Origin: an uncultured Vicinamibacterales bacterium
GTDB taxonomy: Bacteria; Acidobacteriota; Vicinamibacteria; Vicinamibacterales; CAZQMT01
NCBI GenBank assembly: GCA_964594555.1
Contig: CAZQMT010000007.1
Location: 1 to 39,889 of the forward strand
DNA length: 39,889 nucleotides
Direction of reading: 5' to 3'
Below are positions 28,706 to 38,226 of the stretch, one piece after another (position 1 is the stretch's first letter; every line of letters begins with the position of its first letter). A model generated the notes under the pieces. It made no database searches and was not told the origin of the DNA. It saw nothing but the letters and a program-made list of their open reading frames with translations. Made by a program: the position numbers and the translations under genes.

Positions 28706-28735
28706 TTGACACTTACTGAAGAGCGAGAATAGAAT
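28706..28735 (+). promoter_or_regulatory. Putative sigma-70 promoter for the 99-aa ORF
   Basis: TTGACA (28706-28711), 18-nt spacer, TAGAAT (28730-28735), in an AT-rich divergent intergenic region about 115 nt upstream of ATG 28852. Confidence 0.4.
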
Positions 28736-28851
28736 TGAAATAATTGTATTTCTATAAGTTATTGATAAAAAAGGCTTTAAGTGGTAATTATTATTTCGTT
28801 TTATCATGCACGACATAGTTAAGTTCCTCGTGGCAGGGAGAAAAAGACCTC

Positions 28852-29151
28852 ATGGACAATTTTGTGAATCACTTGGCACGAGAGCTGGCTGATGCCATAG
28901 CAGATGCAGTAACTGCCGATCACAGAGTAGAGGAGTGTCGTGAGAAGGCTAGAGCTGCTGGCTACGAAATGCATATTTCTCTTGAAGCAGAGATTGGTTT
29001 TGCGAGCCAGGCTGATCTATCTGAGCTTCGTTCGGACAAGGAAAACCATGGGTTGACTGTACGTCACACACTTGAGATGAATGCTAACGACCGACGATTT
29101 CTTCGCTCACTACGAATTGCTGCTGATGAGCCTGCTGAAGGAGTCGAGTAA
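28852..29151 (+). CDS. Hypothetical small acidic protein (99 aa)
   Basis: ORF with GGGAG RBS about 9 nt upstream and its own predicted promoter. The composition looks coding. No motif I recognise. Confidence 0.45.
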   Translation: MDNFVNHLARELADAIADAVTADHRVEECREKARAAGYEMHISLEAEIGFASQADLSELRSDKENHGLTVRHTLEMNANDRRFLRSLRIAADEPAEGVE

Positions 29152-29194
29152 GTTTCAGAAGAAGTTTTAATAGAAAACAGGGTTTTTATAACTG

Positions 29195-30754
29195 CTATTC
29201 TGTCCAAGTTCGAAGATCTCGCCCAGTCATTTCCTCGGGTGGCTTAATTCCAAGGATACCAAGAAGTGTTGGGGCAACGTCACGAAGTGATCCATCTTTC
29301 AGGCCTTCACCCCTTGGTGTCTGGCCAATGAGAATAAGAGGAACAGGATTATCTGTATGGGCTGTGTGCGGACAGTTCTTTTCTGTGTTCCACATCTGTT
29401 CTGCGTTTCCATGGTCTGCCGTCACGAGTACAGAGCTACCCACACTGATGGCGGTTTTAACGATATCAGCGAGACAGCGGTCAAGTGTTTGAACAGCTAG
29501 TATTGCTGCATCTAGTTTTCCCGTGTGTCCTACCATATCGGCGTTGGCGAAGTTGCAGATCGTGACATCATGAGCGCGTGTTTTGATGTCATTTGTCAGC
29601 TTTGATGTAATGTTTTCAGCACTCATCGCTGGTCGAAGATCATAGGTTGCTACTTTCGGTGAAGGCACGAGTACACGTTCTTCCCCCGGATGTGGTCGTT
29701 CTTCCCCACAGTTGAAGAAATATGTAACGTGTGCGTACTTCTCAGTTTCGGCGAGTCTGAGATTGGTGAGACCTAGTTTGCCAAGTACTTCACCGAGGGT
29801 CGAAGAGAAGACTTGTGGTTCGAATGCGACTTTAAGTTCATAATTAGCATTGTAGCTGGTCATTGTTGACGTGTGTACCTGAGGGTGCACTATTCGATCG
29901 AATTTGTCGAACTCCTTGAAAGCGACCGCTTCTGTTAGTTGACGTGCACGATCTGCACGGAAGTTGAAGAACACAACCGAGTCTTCTTCTCGAAGTGGAC
30001 CGACTGGTTTTCCATCCTGTTCAACAATAACCGATGGAATTATGAATTCATCTCCTGTGCCGGCTTCGTAAGATTCTTCGATTAGCTTTCCAGCTGACAC
30101 TCCCTGTTTACCCAGGCCTTTGGTAATAGCTTCGTATGCTAATTGTGTACGTTCCCATCGATTATCTCGGTCCATGGCAAAGTAGCGACCGATTACAGTA
30201 GCGATGCGCCCAGTTCCAAGAGTGGACATCAGTTGCTCAAGTTGGCCTACGTAGTCACGGCCGCCCAGTGGGGGGGTGTCTCGACCGTCTGTTATCACGT
30301 GTACGAAGACTTGAGGCACTCGACGTCTCTTAGCCATCTTTAGAAGTTCGTATAGGTGATTTTCATGGCTGTGCACGCCACCGTCGGAAACAAGTCCGAT
30401 AAGGTGGAGAGAACGTTGGTGATCGAGGCATCTATCCATTGCATCAGAGAGCGTTGAGTTTTTAAAGAACTCTCCTTCACGAATGCTCATATCGATCCTG
30501 GTCAGATCCTGATAAACGACCCGACCGGCGCCGAGGTTCATATGACCAACTTCTGAATTTCCCATTTGTCCAATTGGTAAGCCCACTGCTTCCCCTGAAG
30601 TAATTAGAGAGGCATGTGGAAAACTCTCAAGCAGGTTATCGTAGGTTGGTGTTCTGGCTAATGCGATGGCGTTGTGGTCAGACGTGGAACGTAGTCCCCA
30701 CCCATCGAGAACTACCAAAGTAAGAGGAGGGCGAGAGTCATGGGGCTGTTTCAT
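29195..30754 (-). CDS. gpmI: 2,3-bisphosphoglycerate-independent phosphoglycerate mutase
   Basis: LVVLDGWG, GNSEVGHMNLGAGR, VTADHGNAE. 519 aa. The GGAGAG RBS overlaps the end of eno. Confidence 0.92.
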   Translation of the reverse strand: MKQPHDSRPPLTLVVLDGWGLRSTSDHNAIALARTPTYDNLLESFPHASLITSGEAVGLPIGQMGNSEVGHMNLGAGRVVYQDLTRIDMSIREGEFFKNSTLSDAMDRCLDHQRSLHLIGLVSDGGVHSHENHLYELLKMAKRRRVPQVFVHVITDGRDTPPLGGRDYVGQLEQLMSTLGTGRIATVIGRYFAMDRDNRWERTQLAYEAITKGLGKQGVSAGKLIEESYEAGTGDEFIIPSVIVEQDGKPVGPLREEDSVVFFNFRADRARQLTEAVAFKEFDKFDRIVHPQVHTSTMTSYNANYELKVAFEPQVFSSTLGEVLGKLGLTNLRLAETEKYAHVTYFFNCGEERPHPGEERVLVPSPKVATYDLRPAMSAENITSKLTNDIKTRAHDVTICNFANADMVGHTGKLDAAILAVQTLDRCLADIVKTAISVGSSVLVTADHGNAEQMWNTEKNCPHTAHTDNPVPLILIGQTPRGEGLKDGSLRDVAPTLLGILGIKPPEEMTGRDLRTWTE

Positions 30755-30768
30755 AGAATCTCTCCAGC

Positions 30769-32238
<1,470 letters not shown>

Positions 32239-32317
32239 TTAGCGTATAGTCAGACAATAGCGCCTAAAAAAAGAATAAAGTTTTTCTTATCAATAATTTA
32301 AGCGGCTTTCTCATTGT

Positions 32318-32347
32318 TTGACTTACTCACAACACCTAGCCTATGAT
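32318..32347 (+). promoter_or_regulatory. Putative sigma-70 promoter for the 352-aa secreted protein gene
   Basis: TTGACT (32318-32323), 18-nt spacer, TATGAT (32342-32347), 40 nt upstream of ATG 32387. Confidence 0.4.
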
Positions 32348-32386
32348 CGGAAAGCTAATTTCACATTTCAACTTCCTGCTTAAGTA

Positions 32387-33445
32387 ATGGCCCACAATTC
32401 TACTCGTCTATTTAGGCTCTGGTTCCTTTTTATTTTTGGAGTTTTGGTCGGTTCTCCGGTGTTGGCTGTCCCGGCCCAAGATAATTTCACTGAGTCCCAG
32501 AGAGAGGATATCAAAACCCTGATTCAACTCGTCGATGGTGCGATGGTTGGAGAGCAACCTCTGGATGAGAAGGAAGTTGGATGGAGTAATGATTTTTTAA
32601 AGACGCTTGAATCAAATGTTTATGTGCCGTTTCGTCTGACTATTCCTTTGGACAAAATGGAAGCATTGCCGACTTTGCTGTACATTCGAGTTACTGAAAG
32701 GTCTTCTACACGTTCAGATGGCTTGGTACACGTTGCTACGGGAGGACGACCTTTAGAGGGAAAGACAGTTGAGAACGATTTTGATTTCGAAAGCGTACAT
32801 TTTTTCGGACTTCGTAATAGAGGTTCACGCTTCTATCAAGTAACGAGAGCGTTTTCCGTGCCAGCTGGTGAATACGACGTGTTTATTGGACTGTTACAGC
32901 ATAGTTCTGTTACTTCTGCTCCGACAGTGTTGCTGATTCGACAAACTCTAACCGTCCCTAACTATTGGGCGGATGAGCTGGCTACGAGTACATTGATTTT
33001 GGCTAAGCGTATCGAATCACTTGAGGAGCCCTTAGAACGTGAGCATCAAAAAACTGAGCCATATACTTTCGGAGCTTTACGGGTTGTTCCGGCGTTCGAA
33101 TCGGAATTCACGAAGGCGGAAGATCTGTCGATCTTATTCCTCGTCTACAACCCAAAGCTGGGGAGCGACGAAAGGCCAGACGTTGTTATTGACTACAAAT
33201 TTCATAGAACAACAAGTGGTATCGAGCAGTTTTTTAATCAAACCCACTCTCAAACTTTCAACTCCGCAACCTGGCCTTCACAATTCGATCCCAACGGTGG
33301 ACATCAGCTTATTGCAGGTCAATCTGTGTCCCTTTCGAATTTTCCTGTTGGGCATTACAGGCTGGAAATAAAGATTATGGACCTGAACTCTGGGATATCA
33401 CTCGAGCGTAACGTAAAGTTTACTGTTACAGATTCTGTTCTGTAA
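32387..33445 (+). CDS. Hypothetical secreted protein (352 aa)
   Basis: Clear signal peptide (LFRLWFLFIFGVLVGSPVLAVPAQD). Beta-rich, with a C-terminal Ig-like-looking segment (FPVGHYRLEIKIMDLNSGISLERNVKFTV). No catalytic motif recognised. Confidence 0.6.
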   Translation: MAHNSTRLFRLWFLFIFGVLVGSPVLAVPAQDNFTESQREDIKTLIQLVDGAMVGEQPLDEKEVGWSNDFLKTLESNVYVPFRLTIPLDKMEALPTLLYIRVTERSSTRSDGLVHVATGGRPLEGKTVENDFDFESVHFFGLRNRGSRFYQVTRAFSVPAGEYDVFIGLLQHSSVTSAPTVLLIRQTLTVPNYWADELATSTLILAKRIESLEEPLEREHQKTEPYTFGALRVVPAFESEFTKAEDLSILFLVYNPKLGSDERPDVVIDYKFHRTTSGIEQFFNQTHSQTFNSATWPSQFDPNGGHQLIAGQSVSLSNFPVGHYRLEIKIMDLNSGISLERNVKFTVTDSVL

Positions 33446-33591
33446 GTTAGATAATGACTCGTTCTCGTCACCAGTTTTTTGATACACCTCCTGGTGTTTG
33501 GCCGCCGAAGTGGATCGTTTCTTTAGTGGTCTTCGTGTATTGCTGAAGCACGTTTCTTTGCTGTGATTAGTTTGTTCACGGTCCCTAAAAT

Positions 33592-33606
33592 CTAATGAAT
33601 CATTAG
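33592..33606. promoter_or_regulatory. Perfect 7-1-7 palindrome CTAATGA-A-TCATTAG (candidate operator)
   Basis: Read directly from the sequence in the 333-bp AT-rich region upstream of the histidine kinase gene. Function is inferred only. Confidence 0.25.
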
Positions 33607-33778
33607 TTTATTACTGAGACTTTTCTGGTTATTCTGATTTTTGGATAATCCTTTTTTATGGATCAGTGATCGTTTTTATTGGATACTTGTTTCATTCTTC
33701 TTTTATTAAAGTGTCTGAAAAATGCTAGTCGTAATAGTTACCTTTATGTTTGTGGGACCTTATTTCCGGTGAGTAAAT

Positions 33779-36700
33779 TTGGTTAGTGTTTTGTCTCAAC
33801 AGACTTTCTTGCGGCGGTTGATTCCCTTCTGGCCCACGATTCTTTTGGGTGGCATTGTCATGGCATTGTTGTGCCTGGGTGTAGCCAATATTGTGCTACG
33901 CGCCACCTGGTATGAGGTCGAAGATGGTGTCCTTTGGGTAATGACCCCTGAAGGCGTAATCGTCAGCGAGGTTGCCTCAGACGGTGCAGGCGAACGGGCT
34001 GGTCTTCGAGTCGACGATCTGCTGGTAGCAATCGACGGAAACCCTGTCGGAAATGTTGCTGATGTTCTCCAAACTCTTCATAAAAAGGAACAGAGTTCCC
34101 AACTTACTTATACCGTGATGAGATTGGGGGCTGAAGAATCTCTTCAGATTGAATTGCAGCCGATTGTTCAGAGTGGTGCGAGCCTATATTTTTTAATGGC
34201 TGCTGTTGGGATGTTTACGCTTTTAGTAGGTTTTTCAGTTCGACTTCGACGACCTTCAAACCAAGCGACGCTACACTTTTTCTGGTTGTGTGTGGCTTTC
34301 TTCGGAGTTTTCTCGTTCTCATTTAGCGGTCGTCTCGATCGGCTTGACTGGATTCTTTACTGGGCCGATGTCATCTCTTTGTTGTTGCTCCCGCCATTGT
34401 TCATGCATTTTTCATTAGTGTTCCCAGAAAGACCTCATGCCTGGGTTCGGAGCACAACTGGACGAAAAGTTCTACCGCTTGTCTATCTTCCAGCGGCGAT
34501 TCTTGGTGTTTGGAGAGTGGCATTCTTTGGTGATGCGTCTTCGGATGGACAGTTCTTTACTGATGTATTTGTTACTTTGGACCGTCTTGAGTTGCTTTAT
34601 TTGACTGTTTGTCTCGTCGGAGGGTTAGCGGTTTTAATTCGTACGTTGGGTCGTGTGCGTTCTGTGACGGCCAAGCGACAGCTTCGCTGGATAGCCTTAG
34701 GAGCTGGTCTTGGAGCGCTTCCATTTACGTCACTTTATCTCGTCCCATACGTGCTCGGTAAAAATCCAGTGCCGTTTGGAGAGTTAACAGTTCTTCCGCT
34801 CGGTTTGGTTCCACTCGCCTTCGCATCCGCCATCGTGCGTTACCGACTCATGGATGTCGAAGTGATTATTAAGCGAACACTGGTTTACGTAGCAGCGCTC
34901 TCAGCGATTACTGTTATGTATGCTGTGCTATTCCGTCTGGCTCGTGCTCTGGTGCACTCTGATGTTATCGGAGGTTCAGAAGAACAGCACAATTCGATTA
35001 TTGCTGTTCTTGCAACTTTAGTGGTGGTTTTACTGGCATTGCCGGTCAAGAATTTTATTCAGGGCATGCTGGATCGGGTCTATTACAAGGATCGTTACGA
35101 TTATAGAAAGGCGCTTGTAGCATTTGCACGTGAGCTTAACAGCGATCTAGATTTGGCCAGTCTAAGTGAAAGGCTGGTTGTCCGTGTTCGAGAAACGTTA
35201 GTCGTTGATCGAATGGCCCTCATGTTAACTGGAGCAGGAATTGGTGATGAGGAGGGGTTCGGTGTAATTCGTTCCGAAGGGTTTGATCGTGAAAAGCTCC
35301 CATCGTTATCTCATGCTTCGGATGTCGGAAATCGTTTACTGGCTGGACAGACTGCGAATCTAGACGATCCGAGGTCTCTTCGGCGATTTTCGCATCGTGA
35401 GATTGAGTTCTGGCATGGCTTAGGGCTTCATTACTTTGTTCCATGTAGATCGAAGGAAGGAACGATCGCAGTTATGGCCCTGGGCAGGAAAGAGCATGGT
35501 GAATCACTCAACAGCGAAGATGTAGCGCTACTTGCGGCCGTAGCGGGTCAAGTGGCTACGGCTTTTGAAAATGGAAGACTTTATCAACAGCTTGGTTCGA
35601 AAGCAGATGAGCTAAACCGCCTACGTGAGTTTAGCGAGAATATCATAGACTCACTCCGTGATGGTCTTGCTGTTGTGGATAGAAATCGTCAAGTTGTACG
35701 TTGGAATCAGAGATTAGAACGACTCTATGGTGTGTCAAGGGATGAGGCTATTGGCCGTGTCCTGGAGTCATTATTCGAGATCAACTTCGTAGAAACTCTT
35801 CGGTTATCTCAAGACAATAGGGCGCCTACTTTAACTGAGTTTCGAATCTCTCTACGCTCGAGACATGTTCAGCCGAAAGATCTTCTAGTAGACGTTTCGG
35901 CTGCACCTCTCAAGACACCGAATGGTATGACTGCTGGAACAATTCTTATTTTTGATGACATCACTTCTCGAGTTAAGTTAGAGGAGCAGCTACAAATTTC
36001 TGAGAAAATGGCATCTGTTGGATTACTGGCTGCTGGTGTCGCCCATGAGGTGAATACACCTTTGACTGGGATCTCAAGTTTTACTCAGATGTTGTTGGAT
36101 GGGGTCGACTCTGATGATCCACAGAAACCGCTCCTCGAAAAAATTGAGAGCCAGACGTTTCGTGCCGCGAAAATAGTCAATAGCCTCCTCAATCTTGCTC
36201 GCCCGGCGAATGTGGAAACTGGTCCCGTGAATCTAAATATCGTTGTTAATGATGTCCTCGCGCTTCTAGAACATCGTTTTCGGAGGTCAAGTATTGAGCT
36301 TAGAAAAGAGTTGTCAGTCGAAGAACCGATGGTTTCTGGAAATCAACATAAGCTCCAGCAGGTTTTCCTCAATCTTTTGATGAATGCACTAGATGCGATG
36401 CCCACGGGAGGATGGTTGTCGATCCGTACAGTTCACAAGAATGATTCGATTGTCGTAGATATATCCGATACAGGTTCAGGTATTCCAAGTGAGCATTTGT
36501 CGAAGATTTATGACCCGTTCTTTACAACGAAGTCTACCGGCGAAGGAACTGGTCTTGGGCTCTCTATCACTTACGGTATTGTCCAAGAACACGGAGGCAC
36601 GATTACTTGCCAGAGTAATGAAGGTGAGGGGACACGATTCAGCTTGAAATTGCCGCTCCAAAACGAAAGCAGCAAACGTTCAAGTGAGACAAGGGCTTAA
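33779..36700 (+). CDS. Sensor histidine kinase: TM1, extracytoplasmic PDZ, multi-TM block, GAF, PAS, HisKA/HATPase
   Basis: PDZ-like GAGERAGLRVDDLLVAIDGNPV between the first TM and a block of about 6-8 hydrophobic segments. GAF-like region (..IAVMALGRKEHGESLNSEDVALLAAVAGQVATAFEN). PAS (IIDSLRDGLAVVDRNRQVVRWN). H-box GVAHEVNTPL, N-box LLMNALDA, G1 DTGSGI, G2 GTGLGLS. TTG start is tentative. Confidence 0.85.
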   Translation: MVSVLSQQTFLRRLIPFWPTILLGGIVMALLCLGVANIVLRATWYEVEDGVLWVMTPEGVIVSEVASDGAGERAGLRVDDLLVAIDGNPVGNVADVLQTLHKKEQSSQLTYTVMRLGAEESLQIELQPIVQSGASLYFLMAAVGMFTLLVGFSVRLRRPSNQATLHFFWLCVAFFGVFSFSFSGRLDRLDWILYWADVISLLLLPPLFMHFSLVFPERPHAWVRSTTGRKVLPLVYLPAAILGVWRVAFFGDASSDGQFFTDVFVTLDRLELLYLTVCLVGGLAVLIRTLGRVRSVTAKRQLRWIALGAGLGALPFTSLYLVPYVLGKNPVPFGELTVLPLGLVPLAFASAIVRYRLMDVEVIIKRTLVYVAALSAITVMYAVLFRLARALVHSDVIGGSEEQHNSIIAVLATLVVVLLALPVKNFIQGMLDRVYYKDRYDYRKALVAFARELNSDLDLASLSERLVVRVRETLVVDRMALMLTGAGIGDEEGFGVIRSEGFDREKLPSLSHASDVGNRLLAGQTANLDDPRSLRRFSHREIEFWHGLGLHYFVPCRSKEGTIAVMALGRKEHGESLNSEDVALLAAVAGQVATAFENGRLYQQLGSKADELNRLREFSENIIDSLRDGLAVVDRNRQVVRWNQRLERLYGVSRDEAIGRVLESLFEINFVETLRLSQDNRAPTLTEFRISLRSRHVQPKDLLVDVSAAPLKTPNGMTAGTILIFDDITSRVKLEEQLQISEKMASVGLLAAGVAHEVNTPLTGISSFTQMLLDGVDSDDPQKPLLEKIESQTFRAAKIVNSLLNLARPANVETGPVNLNIVVNDVLALLEHRFRRSSIELRKELSVEEPMVSGNQHKLQQVFLNLLMNALDAMPTGGWLSIRTVHKNDSIVVDISDTGSGIPSEHLSKIYDPFFTTKSTGEGTGLGLSITYGIVQEHGGTITCQSNEGEGTRFSLKLPLQNESSKRSSETRA

Positions 36701-36702
36701 GA

Positions 36703-38220
36703 GTGAGCACTCAGATGAAGCAAAAGAATACGGTACTGGTTATTGATGACGAAGCTGTCATGCGTGAAATTCTTGAAACTTTGTTGGTCCGAGAGAATTA
36801 CGAAGTTCGTCTCGCTTCGAGTGGTGAACAAGGGCTCGAGTTGGCACGGACACTCCCGTTTGATGCTGCCATCGTAGACGTTATGATGCCCGGTAGAAGT
36901 GGGATTGAGACACTTGAAGAGTTAAAAAAAATTGATGAGGACCTTCCAGTCGTAATGGTAACTGCATTTGCATCTGTTGAGAGTGCGATCTCCGCTATGA
37001 GACTTGGTGCTTTTCATTACATAACGAAGCCATTCAAGAACGACGAGGTTTTGTCTGTGCTTCGTAATGCTTTAGATCGTAGACGATTACTTGTTGAGAA
37101 TCGATCGCTTAAGCAAAGTTTGCAGTCTCAGAAAAATGATTTTGCTGGCACTATCGGACGAAGCCCGGCTATGCGACGGGTATTCGATTTGATTATTCAG
37201 GCTGCCCCGAGTCGTTCGACGATTTTAATTGAGGGTGAAAGTGGCACAGGTAAAGAGCTTGTGGCTCGAGCACTTCATGCGAATTCGTTACGTTCAGACA
37301 AGCCCTTCGTGTCCGTGAATTCAGGTAGTCTCCCACCAGATCTTTTAGAATCTAACCTTTTTGGTCACGTGAAGGGTGCGTTTACAGGGGCCATCCAGCC
37401 CAAAAAAGGTTTATTTGAAATCGCCAACACGGGAACAATTTTTTTCGATGAGATCGGCTCTGTGCCAGCAGAAACACAGGCGAAGTTACTCCGTGTTATC
37501 CAAGAGCGTGAGTTTATGAGGCTCGGAGGAGTTGATACGATCAAGGTTGATGTCAGAATTGTAGCTGCGACGAATGTTGATCTTCGTCAGATGACGGAGG
37601 ATAAACACTTTCGCGAAGACCTCTATTATCGTCTACATGTGATCACGATTCATCTGCCCCCACTCCGTGAGCGACGAGAGGATATTCCGCTGCTTGTCCA
37701 TCACTTTTTAGATAAGTATGGTCAGGAAAATAACAAAGAGGGTCTTGAAATATTGCCGGAGGCTCTTGATCTTCTAATGCGTTACAGTTGGCCAGGGAAT
37801 ATACGAGAATTAGAGAATGTTATCGAACGCGCTGTCGTCCTAAGCGTTGGCACGAGGATTGGAGAGGAGTTAATTCCTGACCACGTGCGCGTAACACAAC
37901 CGTTTGAGTTGCCTCAGATCGCATTGCCGAGCGAAGGAATTTCACTAAAGAATGCAACGGACGAATTTGAGAAGAGACTTATCGAATCGATGCTAGGAAA
38001 GGCCGATGGTGTTCAGAAGCGAGCAGCTGAGCTTCTGAAAATCAAGCCGACTACATTAAATGAAATGATAAAACGTCATGACATTCGTACGAAACGCCGC
38101 CGTTCAAGTAATGGTTCAGGAACGAAGGTCCATGAGTCTGTTGTCAAGGAGGCGCCGGCGGGACAAACCAAAAAAGAAACTAAAATACCAGCTCAGAAGA
38201 TTTCAGATCGAGACGTATGA
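36703..38220 (+). CDS. Sigma-54-dependent response regulator (NtrC family: REC, AAA+, Fis-type HTH)
   Basis: Receiver (VLVIDDE...DVMMPG...KPF). AAA+ Walker A GESGTGKE, sigma-54 contact loop GAFTGA, Walker B FFDEIG, C-terminal HTH RAAELLKIKPTTLNEMIKRH. The start is GTG 36703 or ATG 36715. Confidence 0.9.
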   Translation: MSTQMKQKNTVLVIDDEAVMREILETLLVRENYEVRLASSGEQGLELARTLPFDAAIVDVMMPGRSGIETLEELKKIDEDLPVVMVTAFASVESAISAMRLGAFHYITKPFKNDEVLSVLRNALDRRRLLVENRSLKQSLQSQKNDFAGTIGRSPAMRRVFDLIIQAAPSRSTILIEGESGTGKELVARALHANSLRSDKPFVSVNSGSLPPDLLESNLFGHVKGAFTGAIQPKKGLFEIANTGTIFFDEIGSVPAETQAKLLRVIQEREFMRLGGVDTIKVDVRIVAATNVDLRQMTEDKHFREDLYYRLHVITIHLPPLRERREDIPLLVHHFLDKYGQENNKEGLEILPEALDLLMRYSWPGNIRELENVIERAVVLSVGTRIGEELIPDHVRVTQPFELPQIALPSEGISLKNATDEFEKRLIESMLGKADGVQKRAAELLKIKPTTLNEMIKRHDIRTKRRRSSNGSGTKVHESVVKEAPAGQTKKETKIPAQKISDRDV

Positions 38221-38226
38221 TTCTTA

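Noticed and set aside
28607-28851. Cobalamin riboswitch upstream of the methylmalonyl-CoA mutase gene
   Set aside because: The region is AT-rich, and I see no B12-box-like GC-rich core on the minus strand. It looks like plain promoter DNA.
28874-28889. Sigma-54 promoter-like TGGCACGAGAGCTGGC
   Set aside because: The GC element is displaced by one position relative to the TGGCAC-N5-TTGC consensus, and the site lies inside the 99-aa ORF. Other TGGCAC occurrences (e.g. near 8826, 11942, 26459) also lack a correctly spaced TTGC.
33454-33546. 30-codon ORF as a confident small-protein gene
   Set aside because: It has no clear RBS, lies in AT-rich DNA where short ORFs arise by chance, and has no conservation evidence available. 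It is kept only as a note within the leader-region finding.
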